A stretch of DNA of 59,780 nt, counting the filler, from Neoconidiobolus thromboides FSU 785 (taxonomy: Eukaryota; Fungi; Entomophthoromycota), in the NCBI GenBank assembly GCA_025603075.1. It is 7 parts of 7 records of this genome, joined end to end, with 100 filler letters (N's around TTAATTAATTAA, not from the genome) between each part and the next. Parts side by side here need not be neighbours in the genome. Positions count along the whole stretch, not along the records: positions 1 to 11,096 come from MU626642.1; positions 11,197 to 18,373 come from MU626712.1; 5 more parts are not named here. One strand, written 5' to 3'. How positions within the stretch are numbered: position 1 is the first letter of the stretch; each line of letters begins with the position of its first letter. The notes under the pieces are model-generated. The model saw only the letters and a program-made list of their open reading frames with translations, searched no databases and was not told the DNA's origin. Of this stretch, positions 1 to 12,494 are shown in pieces. The position numbers and the translations under genes are program-made.

Positions 1-104
1 GTGGAATAAACATTATAGGCAGTATATGCTACCCAAAGTAGAAGAGAATAAATGATGAATTTATCTAAAGATAAGTAATCCTTCAAATTTAAGTAGCTTG
101 ACAT
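1..104 (-). CDS. 5' end of a gene leaving the window; probable cytochrome P450 N-terminal membrane anchor (MSSYLNLKDYLSLDKFIIYSLLLWVAYTAYNVYS...)
   Basis: ATG at 104-102 opens a frame encoding a hydrophobic helix ending in YN, like the N-termini of the P450s at 16770 and 21354. Bases 1-95 are the exact reverse complement of 11002-11096. Confidence 0.45.
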   Translation of the reverse strand, partial: MSSYLNLKDYLSLDKFIIYSLLLWVAYTAYNVYS

Positions 105-1397
105 TATATAATTTAACACTAAAAGTAAAACTAATTGATGACTTCTTTTTATACATTTTTCTCATCTTGATTTGATCATTCATTTTTCTTTAGATCAATT
201 CAAGCTCGCTATTACTAACTTCAGTTATTTACTCCAGACTTATTTTAAACCGGCATTCAATTTTAAGTAAAACATTACTTTATTTAGAAATTTTGGATCA
301 ACTTAAGAAAAAAAAATCTACCATTGTTTATTAACCACATAAAGGATTGCAATGTTAAAAAGCTAAATCGTTTTTTTTAGTATTGAACTCACTAAAAAAC
401 AGGGAGGTTGATAACACCTTATAGTTTACCCATTCTGTATAAATTAATATAATTTTTCTCCTACTCATTTATTTTCTATTTGCTATTGAAAATCTATATC
501 TTAAAAGTAACTAAAGTGTAAATCAATGGTCTATTCAACTATAGATCTATAAGTTAATTTTTTTTAGTATTAAGAAACTGAAGTATTTATAACATTTTAT
601 ATAGCACTATATTTAAAGAATACTTGATAAAAAATATAGTTACTATAAAACAAAATAGGAATAACAAAGCATATAACTTAAAAAGGTTTAGTTGATATGT
701 TATTTAATTAATAAACTAATAAATGATTTACTTTTTTACAACTATAATGTCCTCTATATGCTCGAATGTGCCTAGCATTTCTGTGAGTTTAGTTTGACAT
801 ATTGATCTATGTAATAATTTTGAATTAATTATTTCATTCCAATATACTTAAAAACTTCCTGTCCTTATTTAACGGCACCTTGTATTTTATATAGGTAAGT
901 TTATACATAAGGTTGAAAGTTTTGAAATTAAATAAAATATTTTTAAGTTTCAAATGTTAGATTAAAATGAAACAAAATCGAATAAGAGTACAAAGTTTAT
1001 TTAACTTATTGTAAGTAGATGTTATTTAAATAATATTATATGTTTATATGTAAAACTATTCAAGATTTCATAGATGTATTCTTTAATTTTTACACAACAC
1101 GATTTAATTATTCTATTAAAAACCAAAAGTACTTGAGACAATTTTAAATCATTTGACTATAATTTATATCATAAATTAGCTGAATTCCTACTAAATTTAA
1201 TGGAGATTCTCGGATTAACAAGGTCTTTATTAATATAACCTAGATATAGATATTGATCAAAGTTGTAGTATATAAATAAATACAAATTCTTACAGAACTT
1301 CATTGAGAAATATTCGTCATTAATTGATTCATAGCCAACAGTACAAATTTGTTATCAAATAAATAAATTACTAATGTTATGATTGTTTTATTAACAT

Positions 1398-1495
1398 GGT
1401 GATATTTTTTTGGCTTTACCACTTTTTCCATCTTTTAAGCACTATTTGAACGGAAAATTTGTTAGTAAAATTCTTAAACACAAAAACATATCCCC
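1398..1495 (-). mobile_element. ~98-bp MITE copy
   Basis: GG(T)GAT...TCCCC ends and conserved core; flanks ACAT/ATAT. Confidence 0.8.
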
Positions 1496-2284
1496 ATATA
1501 TTACTAATAAGTAATAAATAACCGCATTAAAGGGAGTGGTTAACCCTAAAATTATAATTAATCATCCGTATATAATACAAGTGATGTAATAGTAGTTTTT
1601 ATTTATTATTAAAGTTACTTGTTTTTTAACTATTTATTAATTCAGTCCTTAGTAATTTAAGCAATATTAATATTTGATAATTGATTTCTACCATTTAATA
1701 AATTGCTTGTTTAATAAATATTAGAACTTTTTAAAATTTCTGTTATTTTTATAAGGTAAGCTGTAGTTGACTTTTTTATTTTTCTATTTTCTATAAACTT
1801 TATAACTTTATTTGGAATTACATTACTTTTTTTAATTTATTAAATACTGGACAACAATGTAATTTGTTATTATATTTAATAAAATATAAACATTTTTTAA
1901 TATTTCATATTTTTGTTTTTATTTTTATTTTTTATTTTTGTTTTTTTTTAAAATTACATCTATTTTCTTATTATTAACAGTTGAATTATTATTTTTATCA
2001 TGTTTATAAATAAAAAACTTAAATCTTGAAATTATCTACTATTTTAAAACTTTCTATTGTGAAAGATTTTCGAAATGTTTGTCAACTATGTTTTTTCTAT
2101 AATGCTTAGTAAGAAATCAAAATTGGTATTTATTCTATTATTTATTCTATAATTTCTTTTAAATAATAATAAAAAATTTTAAATTTTAAAATAATTTTCT
2201 GTGACTACTTATATCTTAATTTTTATAAACTTTCTAAATGAAAGCTCTCTAGATATTAAACCAATTAAACAGTCCCTTGCATAC

Positions 2285-2382
2285 GGGGATGTATTTTTGT
2301 GTTTAAGAATTTTACTAGCAATTTTTCCGCTTAAATAGCGCTTAAAAATGGAAAAAATAATGAAGTCAAAAAAAACACTCCC
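2285..2382 (+). mobile_element. ~98-bp MITE copy
   Basis: GGGGATG...CACTCCC; directly abuts the TG...CA element. Confidence 0.8.
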
Positions 2383-2385
2383 GTT

Positions 2386-2813
2386 TACAAAATCTGATAC
2401 TCAGTGATTAGAGTCAAAAGACCTTAGTTTATGTAGCTAGGGTAGACTTGAATTATGAAGAACAGCACATAATATCCTACAGACTATGTAAGATAAATAG
2501 AGTGGACGATGCTATTGTAGAATCTATGTAAAATGCTATCGGAAAGATTTAGTAACTTTATTGAAGGTAAGGATATCAGGGAATAACTCAATCAAAAAGC
2601 CTCGAGTTACTATGTTTGAAAATATCTTTTATACCTCAACAAGTATGAATATCAAATGAGAGGATAATATTCTTTGCAATGTGAAATTAAAAATTCTTGC
2701 AGCAAATCAAAATAAAAGGGTTAAGATTGACTATGCTTGAACTCGAGAACACAATGACTTAAGTGATTGTTATATTATAATTAATCATAGAGCTGGCAAA
2801 GTGATATTTCACA
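2386..2813 (+). mobile_element. TG...CA repeat family (solo-LTR-like), internally deleted copy
   Basis: Aligns along its length to 13135-13777; right end GATATTTCACA intact, left end degraded. Confidence 0.75.
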
Positions 2814-3229
2814 TATTCCAGATATATAATCAAAACAAATTTTGTTTATTATTTTATCATTTTTTAAGTACACACTAAGTTTTATTACTAACATAACTTA
2901 TAATAGTTTAAATTTATTAAATCCGGTCTTATTCCTATTCTTATATTTTATCTAGAGTTTAAAATTATTGCAACTTTTATTATTTAATTTTTTAATAACT
3001 TTATCAAACATTTTTTTAAGTATCAATATAAAATTTATACAACTTTTTTTGATGTTTGCTTTATATTTTATCGCTGAATATATTTTACTTTCAAATAACT
3101 TTTTTCCAACTATATACTGGGCATATATATTACATAAATCTGTTTTTCTTGCTGTATTTTAAATTACTTGGTATATATTTAAAAGATATTAACATAGCTA
3201 CTGCTTTATTTTTTAAGTTGTTAAAATAT

Positions 3230-3327
3230 GGAGATGTTTTTTTGGTTTCATTCCTTTTTCCATTTTTTAAGTGCTATTTGAGCAAAAAGATTGTTAATAA
3301 AATTCTTAAACAAAAAAACACATCCCC
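3230..3327 (-). mobile_element. ~98-bp MITE copy
   Basis: ATAT/ATAT target duplication. Confidence 0.82.
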
Positions 3328-3468
3328 ATATGCTTTTCCTTATTATATTAAACTTTTTGAGAATTTTATTTTAAAGTTTAATTGTAAAAGCTTGGATTTT
3401 ATTTTTACTTTGATAAAGCTAAAGTTGAATGATTATATATTTATATATTGTATATCTATTAAACATAT

Positions 3469-3567
3469 GGGGGTGTTTTTTTAGACTTCATTACTTTTTC
3501 CATTTTTTAAGCACTGTTTGAACAGAAAATTTATTAGTAAAATTCTTAAACACAAAGATACATCCCC
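3469..3567 (-). mobile_element. ~98-bp MITE copy
   Basis: ATAT/ATAT target duplication. Confidence 0.82.
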
Positions 3568-3791
3568 ATATAATAAAAACAATGTAAAATATATGATTAA
3601 AAAAAGTAAAGTAATTAAAAAAGTTTTTTAAATTAAGTTTTCTTTACTTAATTTTAAGCTTTTTAAGTTTAATTAATCATATATTAAAGACTTACAAATT
3701 TAAAAACTCAATTTGGATTAATTTTTGACCGACTTCTGGAACTAATTCAGACATCCTTAATATTATTACAATTAGCAATATTTTTATATAT

Positions 3792-3885
3792 GGGGATGTA
3801 TTTTTCTGTTTAAGAATTTTATTAATCTTTTTGCCCAAATAGCACTTAAAAAATGGAAAAAGGAATGAAACCAAAAAACATCACC
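3792..3885 (+). mobile_element. ~98-bp MITE copy
   Basis: Flanks ATAT/ATAC; conserved core. Confidence 0.8.
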
Positions 3886-5027
3886 ATACATGAAAGTTTC
3901 CTGGATTTTGGAATTTATCACTGATTTTGTTTCAAAATCTTCAAGATTAAAACCCAGCGTTTTATTTTGTAATAAAATTCTGCCACCATTTCACTCCTAA
4001 TAGTTGCCCATTCTTTAAATCTTTTAAATTAATATTTATGTAAATATATATCAAATCTTCCAAATAGATATTTTTTTAATATCAGAGTGAGTAAATATAT
4101 AAAAAACAGTTTTTAATATCTATTCATAATCAGAAGGTATTTCAAATCTATTTTATACTGATATAAAGTGGCACTATTAAGGATAAACTAATTTTAATTT
4201 AGTTTTAATTCAAACCGTTTATAAAATCATTCTAAGATCAACTTTGAATGATGATTGGTTAATTGTTTAAAATGTCATCACATATAATCATAGATACCAT
4301 AAAAACTGATGATAAATTGAATGAAATTCATACTTGAGGAAGAAGAAGCTGGAGGATATATCTATAAAGCGATTAAAGAATACAAAAATGGATGCTTGCT
4401 TGAGCAAAGCGCACACAAAAAACATTTCATTAATAAAAATAGAGAAAAGGCTAATTCTTATGCCAATTTATTATTGAATACGTTTGTGTGGTATGAGGAG
4501 GGAACCATTTGCTTTATTCAAGCAGTGAATAATTTTAAAATAATTAGGAGGCAAGGTAAACCAAATTAATATTAGTTAAAAATGGTATATTAATTTTAAT
4601 TCATACTAAGATAATGATATGGTCAATGTAACTAATTTACTGCTTTCAATCAACATCAAACAATATCCAAATGCTATTTTAAAAAAATATAAAAAAATAG
4701 AATACAAGTCTCACTCAAAGGAATTTAATGGGATTTGGTAAATTAAAATTAGTTTTTTTTATTTTCAATAAATAATTAAAAGTAGGATTCCAGTATCACA
4801 AGCAAGGAAAATAATAAATAGTCTTAAAGTCTTATATTTATTTAGGCCCATCTTGACCGAGGATCCGAATAATTTTATTAGTTTATTAATACAGAACTAA
4901 ATTATAGAATTACGACTTGAATATTAGCATAAAATTAAAGTTAATAATTAATAAAAAATAAATTAACTTTTACTAATATAAGTTAGTCTATATTAATACT
5001 AAAATTCAAGATAGTTTTATACTTATT

Positions 5028-6882
5028 TTACCATTTGTTTGCCAATTGCATTTTAGACTTTTCAGTAACCCTAATATACAAAGGCCAGTATGAGGTTAGT
5101 TTAATAATTTTTTGATAAATGGATTGAACGAAATGAATTGATGAGCTGGCATTATCATTATAAAAGGGTAGTGTAAGAGATTCTAAGTTAAACAGATGAC
5201 CAAAATGAATAATATAAAACATATCCCCATGATCACTTGATAACTCCTGCTTGAACTTCTCTTCAATAATTCTAAAATTATCAAATGCTTTCTTAGATAT
5301 TTTTTTGGCTTCATCTTTAGTTTCATTGATATAAAACAGCTCAGTGGGATGTTTTTTTCTATATATTTTACTTCGAAGACATTGGATCTGAATTAATAGT
5401 ACAAGATGAAATTGTAGGGTGCCGATATACGACACTAAAAAAGGGTGACTAATCAAACTAATACTTGATCCTAATATTTCTTCCATTTTGAAATCCAACC
5501 AGGATGAATCATTTAGATTTTCAATTTTTTTAAACATATCTTCAAAAGTCGTTAATTTTAGTTCATGGTCCTCTAAATTGTCACCCTCTAGTAATGAGTT
5601 TAGCTGAGTTAATTTATATTGTGATCTTATAAAATAGCTAAATAATTTTGTTAACCCGATTATAGTTTCTAATAAACACTAAAATTTATTATTATTATTT
5701 ATATTAATTAATCAAATAGGTTACCGTTTTATAAGGTTCATAAATCCTTTCTGTTATGGTTATTTTTGAATCTTCAGGTAGATCAAATTCAGTGAATGGG
5801 AACATCAAAGGTTTAGCATACGACAAAGAATTCATAATATCATGATTTAAACAGAAGGATCCAATTTTAAAACACTCAGCTATTTCAGTACTGAGATTTT
5901 TAGATAAATCTAACTCTTTGATAAGATGTAACCCTAAAATTTGACATGTTCTATTTGATGTTATTGTTTGTTTTTAAACATATATGTGATATACCTAATT
6001 GCATGAACTAAAAAAATAAGAATTATTGGTATTTATAAGTGGAAATTTTAATTACCTGAACTCATTGCACCTCTGGATTCGTAATTAAATCCAAATTCCT
6101 GCTGTAAAAGTAGTAAGTTGGCCTGTACCAGTTGAATACTTGGTTTCTGAACTAACAAGTGCAATAAAGCTTTGGCTTTAAAATAAAATGGATTTTGATC
6201 CAAAGTAACTGGAGGCAAATGATTCAAATAACGATAAACTTGAAAAGCACAAGCACATAAAGCGTATTTAAGCGCAACATCATGCTCGTCTTTCGAAGCT
6301 AATATATAATTTTGCTTTTCTGGTGAAATCAAGGATTGAATCTTGTTACTATATGTAAAAAATATTGTAAGCAACTTAGGTTCAAGTTCTATATATAATA
6401 GGATTAAACAAGTTTAAACAAATAAAGAGATCCAAACCTTGTAGTAATTGACTTGAATTTGAGTGTATAACTTGCAACTGAGGCTTTGCTTCATGTGAAA
6501 AATACTTGAACTTATTTTCTTTCAATAGTTTATAAATTGAATCCTCATTAATGTCCTCGATGTTATAAATCCTTTTAATTAACTCTTTAATAGTTTGATA
6601 TTTTTTCATCAATCTTGGTTTTGTATGGTTTTTCCTTTTCACGATTATTTTTTTATTAGTCTCTATTAAATTATCGCTTGTAACTTCACTTGTAACTTCA
6701 CTTGTAACTTCACTTGTAACTTCACTTGTAACTTCACTTGTAGCTACACTTAAAACTTTGCTTGTAACATTACCTTTGTAAACACAAGTCGCTTCGATTT
6801 TTTTACATCTTGAACATGGATTTAACATATCGCATTTTTGTTTTCTCTGATAGCAACTATTACACGCCTTTTGTTTCTTCAT
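5028..6882 (-). CDS. Zn(II)2Cys6 fungal transcription factor, multi-exon (paralogue 1)
   Basis: N-terminal CNSCYQRKQKCDMLNPCSRCKKIEATC fits C-X2-C-X6-C-X5-C-X2-C-X6-C. ORFs 6382-6882, 6048-6374 and 5028-5537 are collinear and homologous to the exons of the gene at 7881-9676. Internal splice sites were not all resolved. Confidence 0.88.
6677..6743. repeat. Coding 12-bp tandem repeat (CTTGTAACTTCA x5 plus partial), encoding (TSEV)n
   Basis: Perfect tandem units read directly, in frame just after the Zn cluster. Confidence 0.92.
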
Positions 6883-7439
6883 TTTAATTATCCTTTCGAC
6901 CTTATCTTTTTCTCTCGATTTATAATTTATATACTTGGTTATTCTTTCATACTTTTTAGCTTTTTATTATCTTAATTTTTGAGAGCATAAAGCCTAAATT
7001 ATGTAATCTTATTGTAACTTCCAAAAATAGCAATAATTATTGAACTAATTTCAAACTTCAATCGTTCGCTTCAATAAAGGTTCCAATGTCTGAAAATAGG
7101 CACTAATACAAACTGTCTTGGATTTGTTGCAACCTAATTAGCTGTTTATTTAAAACTGAAATTTATCTATAAGTAAGTTAAAAAATAAAGACTAGACTTT
7201 AAAAAAACTATCTGAACAAATAGCTGATTCCAAAAATTACAGTTAATCAAGTCGTAATAGAGCTATAACAGCTATAGGTTACCTTACGAATATTATTTTA
7301 TTAAAGAATATTTATAATATTCTGTTGCTCTTCATTTACGTATGCTCCTTAATGTAGTAGTAAATAGAGTATCTACCACTATTCTAAAGAGCATTCCAAA
7401 TGTCTCTATGTTTGAAATACTTATTCTCACTTCCAATAT

Positions 7440-7536
7440 AAAGATGTATTTTGTATTTGAGAATTTTATTAATAATCTTTCCGCTCAAATAGCGTTTAAA
7501 AAACGGAAAAGCAATGGAATCGAAAAAAACATCACC
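7440..7536 (+). mobile_element. ~98-bp MITE copy between the two Zn2Cys6 genes
   Basis: ATAT/ATAT; left terminal repeat decayed. Confidence 0.75.
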
Positions 7537-7880
7537 ATATTGAGGTACAAATACTTTGATATCTCTTATCTAAATAAATATTAGATTTTAATAGTTTACG
7601 TTTTAAATATTTATTGTCTTACTTAAATTTGTATTCCGACCTCTAACAATATTTAATATATTGTAAAACATCGTACTTTTTCTCATATAGATTAATATCT
7701 ATATAATTAAACACTATTATCACAATATGTTAAATAAAAGTGTTACAATTTTAGTTACTTGCACAAAAATTTACTCTAAATTATTATTCTTAAAATTTAC
7801 CGGATATCCTATTTCAAATGTCGATAATAGCTTTATTGCTATGTAAAGCATTAAAATATAAAAATTAGTAAATAAATCAT

Positions 7881-9676
7881 TTATAAAAACTTTTTATTAA
7901 AACTAAATGATTTAGAATGAATAGGCCAATAGTTGCTTAAATACTTGATTTTTGCACTAATATTTTTTATAAATGTAGTTGATGCATTTGAATTATCATA
8001 GAAAAAAGGTAAAGCTAAGTATTCATAGTTAAATAAATGTCCGAAATGGGTAATAAAATAAATATCGCCATGTTTGTTCGATAGTTGTTGTTTACATTTC
8101 TGTTCAATGATCGCAAAGTTATTATATGACTCCAACGCTATCCTTTTCACGTCATTATTATATTCAGTGTAGTGGAGAGAATCCTTTGGATTATTAATAT
8201 TATATAACTTAAGTTGAAATGACTTAATCTGGACTAATAAAACAGAGTGAAGTTGATAGAGACTTATATATGATATTAAAAATGGATGCTCAATTATACT
8301 TATTTCCGGATTTAATATTTCTTCAATTTGAAAATCAAAATACGTTGACCTCTTAAAGCTTTCAATTTGTTTAAATAGTTGATCGATTTTTAGTTTCATT
8401 TCGTAATTACTTAACTTTTGATTTTTAAATATTAAATTGTTTAATGTAACTTGCACGCTAACAAAATAGCTGAATAGTTTAGTCAACAATATAAGAACTG
8501 TCACCAAGTCCTATATTTTTGGATATTAATTACTTACTTTTCTATTCAATAGTATTAATTTACCTCTTCATAAGGCTTCAATATTCGCTGTTTGAATGAT
8601 AATTGACTTAGCTTTGGTATTTCCACTTTTTTATATTGGAACAATGGTGGTCTAGAATAATAAAGAGAGTGTATTAAGTCGTGGTTGATGCAAAAGCAAC
8701 CAATACTGAAACTTTCAGCTATCTCAGGGGAGACAGTTTCATTTATATCAATATCATTTATTAAATGTAAACCTAAGATTTGACAAAATCTAAATATTAT
8801 ATTACATAATATTATTGAATAATATATATCGTTTTTACCTTATAGCTTGAACTAGATTAAAAAGTCAATATAATATAAAATTATTCCATATATATAACGA
8901 TACATTAATTACCTGAAGTTATAGCACTCCTTCCTGTCATATTGAAACCTACCTCTTGTTGTAAAAGTAACAAAGTAGCTTGTGCTAATTGGATACTTGG
9001 TTTTTCAATTAATAAATTTAATAAAGCTTTGGCTTTAAAATAAAATGGATTTTGGTCTAAAGTAACTGGGGGTAAACAATTTAAATAACGATAAGTTTGA
9101 AACGCACAGGCACATATTGTATATTTGAGCGCGATATCATGCTCTTCTTTAGATTTCAATATTTGGGCTTCCCTTTCAGGTGAAATCAATAATTGAATTT
9201 TATTGTTAAATCTGAAAAATGTCTTAATTAATCCAGGTTCAAGGTCTAAATAAAAATTGAGGGTCAAATTCTAAATAGAAAAACCAGATAATAGTACCTT
9301 TTAATAAATTAATAACTTTCAAATTAATCACCGGGAAAAAAGTTTGTTGTTGATAAAATGAGTGGATAGATTTTTGTTTTATTATTTTAAAAAAAGTATC
9401 CTCTTTAATGTTTTCATTGATTCCATATATTTTTTTACATAATTCAACTAACTTGTTATACTTATTAATTAATCTTGGCTTTGTATACTCTTTCCTGTAT
9501 CTTATCAATGAGTTATTCTTCTCTTCATGTTCTTGTTTAACTTTTTCTTTTTCTTTTTCTATTTCTGCCTCATAATGGCATTCAATTCCTAAATTATGAC
9601 ATCTCAAGCAGGGTCTTTTCCTATCGCATTTTTGCTTCCTGCGATGACAGCTAATACATACTAATTTCTTTTTCAT
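7881..9676 (-). CDS. Zn(II)2Cys6 fungal transcription factor, multi-exon (paralogue 2)
   Basis: CISCHRRKQKCDRKRPCLRCHNLGIEC Zn cluster. Shares ALKYxxCACAFQxYRYLNxLPPVTLDQNPFYFKAKALL, HPFLxSYI and HGDxxxIxHFGHLFN with paralogue 1. Confidence 0.88.
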
Positions 9677-10338
9677 TAAATTTTATAAAGGATAAAAAAT
9701 GATTCATCTGGTAATTTCAATACCGTTTAAAAATGAGGTTTTTTATAATGGTTTGAAGTTATTGGCTAAACAAGTATAGCTTTTTTTGTCAGTTTAGCCT
9801 ACACTATAATTATATTAGGAAATAATTCGTCACTATTTTTTACAAATTTTAATATCTAAAAGGCAAAAATATCACAAATAGAGCAAATAAATTGTATTAA
9901 AAAATGTATTTGTCTTTATTTTTGTTAAAACCTTGAAACAGATTAAAGAGCTACTTATAAAAGCATAGCACTTTAAAATAATAATGCATTGAGTTATTTT
10001 AAAAGCAAGTATTTAAGTAAATACTAATTTAATTACTTATGCCTTAGAAATATAAATTAAAAAATACTATCAATAACTATAAATATAAAAAGACAATTTC
10101 TTGATTATAGTATTTTAACTGAAAGAATTTTATAATCTGTATTATTATGTATAATGAATTGAAAATTTTCTATAAAAATTATTGAAAAAATTTAAATAAG
10201 CATATCAAATATGAAACTGTACTTCATTATTTGTTATTTTACTATTTTATAAAATATAGGACTTAAGTAGTTTTATGACTAAACTTTCGTTAAAAAGCAA
10301 ATTGTACTATATTGTTCTTAATATTCATATTAATATAT

Positions 10339-10427
10339 GGAGATATGTTTTTTTGTCTAAAAATTTTACTAACAGTTATCCACCCAAATAGCGCTTGAAA
10401 GATAGAAAAAGTGAGAGAAGGATCCCT
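10339..10427 (+). mobile_element. ~98-bp MITE copy
   Basis: Conserved core; right arm shortened. Confidence 0.72.
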
Positions 10428-11001
10428 ATACACTTTTTGTTTAATTTACTTTTAATATAAAAGTCAGATTGTATAAAATAAAAGATTTATTAAAGTAAAA
10501 AGACAACTTAATTGAATTTAGACTAAATAAAGTGATCCTTATACAATGTGAGAAAATTTGTATTGAAATGAAGTTTTATATCTTTAAACTTTTACTGCAA
10601 GTATAATAATTGTTTAAAGTCTTACAATAATGTTAATATACGCCAATTCAAGTTAAATTCATTAAAATCTCTGTTGAAGTGTGATGAAAAGCTCTGTACA
10701 CAGGTTAATGAACTGAGGTTACAGCTAAACTATTTTTATGTAACTAATTTTTAATAACTAATTTGCAGTAATAAATTTTAAACTTGATTTAGCTAAAATT
10801 TACAATTAAAGCACTTTTTTTTATTTAAAATTGAGAATAGTTTAAAGAACATAAAGTATTATGTTAAATTATTTAAGCTAATAAGTAATAGTAAGATTTA
10901 AATCATTCTGAAAATTATGATAAACGATTTAAAAAATACAAAAAGTATACGAAAAGACTGGTTTTACTTCGAACTTACTGTAAAATTTACAAATAATAAG
11001 T

Positions 11002-11096
11002 TACTTAAATTTGAAGGATTACTTATCTTTAGATAAATTCATCATTTATTCTCTTCTACTTTGGGTAGCATATACTGCCTATAATGTTTATTCCAC
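11002..11096 (+). repeat. 95-bp exact inverted copy of positions 1-95; start of a collapsed paralogue running into the gap
   Basis: Base-for-base reverse complement of 1-95. Encodes YLNLKDYLSLDKFIIYSLLLWVAYTAYNVYS with no in-frame ATG directly upstream. Confidence 0.9.
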
Positions 11097-11196
11097 NNNN
11101 NNNNNNNNNNNNNNNNNNNNNNNNNNNNNNNNNNNNNNNNTTAATTAATTAANNNNNNNNNNNNNNNNNNNNNNNNNNNNNNNNNNNNNNNNNNNN
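11097..11196. other. Assembly spacer (N run with TTAATTAATTAA linker); the same spacer occurs at 18374-18473, 23509-23608, 45119-45218, 56909-57008 and 58261-58360
   Basis: Six identical 100-nt N/linker/N blocks; true gap sizes are unknown. Confidence 0.95.
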
Positions 11197-11295
11197 TTCA
11201 CTTTTAAAAGAGACATCGAAAAGAAGATTGCTTATAGAAATTTTATTACTACTCAACCTACTGAGCCTATCAAAGTTTCTATAATTAAAAACTAA
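11197..11295 (+). CDS. 3' end of a gene emerging from the gap; probable cytochrome P450 C-terminus (FTFKRDIEKKIAYRNFITTQPTEPIKVSIIKN*)
   Basis: Open frame from the contig edge to TAA. The pattern F.F...T.P..PI parallels the C-terminus of the P450 ending at 23301 (FSFKLKDESDVKSKLHVVTIPEKPINM). Confidence 0.5.
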   Translation, partial: FTFKRDIEKKIAYRNFITTQPTEPIKVSIIKN

Positions 11296-11604
11296 AAGGG
11301 ATACCTACATGAGACAACAATGAACTACAGAGCGTTCATGCTATATTCAACAGCTTCCAGAAGCCAACCAAATGCTCGACAATAAATACTAAAACACAAA
11401 AAATTATTTCAATCTCTGACCCTACCTAAATACTATTTTAATATGTTTTCTGTTGAACTATAGTAGCTACTATATTTATTCAAACAAATTCAAATTTTTT
11501 ATTTAAATATAAAAAAGAAAAGCTTCGATTATATAAGAATAAAGCTATGTATATTAAAATATATGAAAAATAGTTAAACTTTGAAAAAAGACTTAACCAT
11601 AAAC

Positions 11605-12067
11605 TGTAAGATATCGCTTTGTCAGCTCTATAGTTGATTATAATATAACAACCACTTAAGTAATTGTGTTCTCAAGTTCAGGCACAGTTAATCCTAAGCT
11701 TTTTATTTCAATTTACTATGAGGATTTCTGCCACCTAATTCTGAAGGATACTATCTCTCCATTTTGATATCCATACTTTTTGGAGTACAAAAGAGATTTT
11801 AGAACATAATAACTCGAGCCTTTTTAGCCAAATTATTTCCTAATACTATACCCTTAATAAAGCCATTAAATCTTTCTGATAATATTTATGTAGATTTTAC
11901 AGTAGTATTGTCTATTATGTTTGCCTTACATAGTCCGTAGCCTATTACGTGTCATTCTTCATAATTCAAGTCTACCTTAATTACATAAACTAAGACCTTT
12001 CGACTTATGGCTAGTCAATCAAGCAAGAACTACCTTTGACTCCTACTACTGAGTATCAGATTCCACG
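11605..12067 (-). mobile_element. TG...CA repeat family (solo-LTR-like), full 463-bp copy
   Basis: Homologous to 13135-13777 in reverse; flanked by direct AAAC/AAAC target duplication. Confidence 0.8.
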
Positions 12068-12220
12068 AAACTATATACAAAAATTTATAACTAAAAATAA
12101 AAATAAAAATAAAACAATCATCTTTAAAGCTTAATAAAGAATATTCATTTTTTGTAATCTTTATTATTATTTAGTTAAACATATTTTTTAAGTTAATAAA
12201 ATAATACTATTTTAATATAT

Positions 12221-12421
12221 GGGGATGTATCTTTATGTTTAAGAATTTTACTAACAAATTTTCCGCTCAAATAGCGCTTAAAAAACGGAAAAAATAGGGA
12301 TGTTTTTCTTGATTTTATTACTTTTCCATTTTTTTAAGTGCTATTTGAGTAGAAAAATTGTTAGTAAAATTTTTAAATGAAAAAACACATCCCCAAATAA
12401 TGAAGTCAAAAAAACGCTCCC
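12221..12421 (+). mobile_element. MITE copy containing a nested MITE
   Basis: Outer copy has ATAT/ATAT flanks and is split after GGAAAAAAT. Confidence 0.85.
12296..12394 (-). mobile_element. Nested MITE copy, opposite orientation
   Basis: AAAT/AAAT duplication of host MITE sequence. Confidence 0.85.
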
Positions 12422-12494
12422 ATATATTTGTTTAATAATTCGGTTATTTTGTCAGAATTTAATAAAAATAGTAAACACTTATTAAATAATATAT

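Noticed and set aside
2968-3874. ORFs 2968-3162, 3056-3484 and 3692-3874 sharing VSFLFPFFKCYL...KILKQKNTSPY, and similar ORFs at 7342, 25340, 37543 and 47585
   Set aside because: The shared peptide is translated MITE sequence embedded in AT-rich DNA, not a protein family.
4321-4569. 82-aa ORF (MKFILEEEEAGGYIYKAIKEY...)
   Set aside because: No recognisable motif or supporting exons; it may be a relic but cannot be supported.
1-11096. An 11-kb giant transposon with 95-bp terminal inverted repeats carrying two transcription factors
   Set aside because: Both repeats end exactly at contig edges and encode a protein N-terminus. The same 95-bp length recurs at 57009/58166, and no transposase is present. 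This fits collapsed paralogues better.
11141-11152. Palindromic TTAATTAATTAA motif recurring six times
   Set aside because: Always centred in an identical N block, so it is a scaffolding linker rather than biological sequence.
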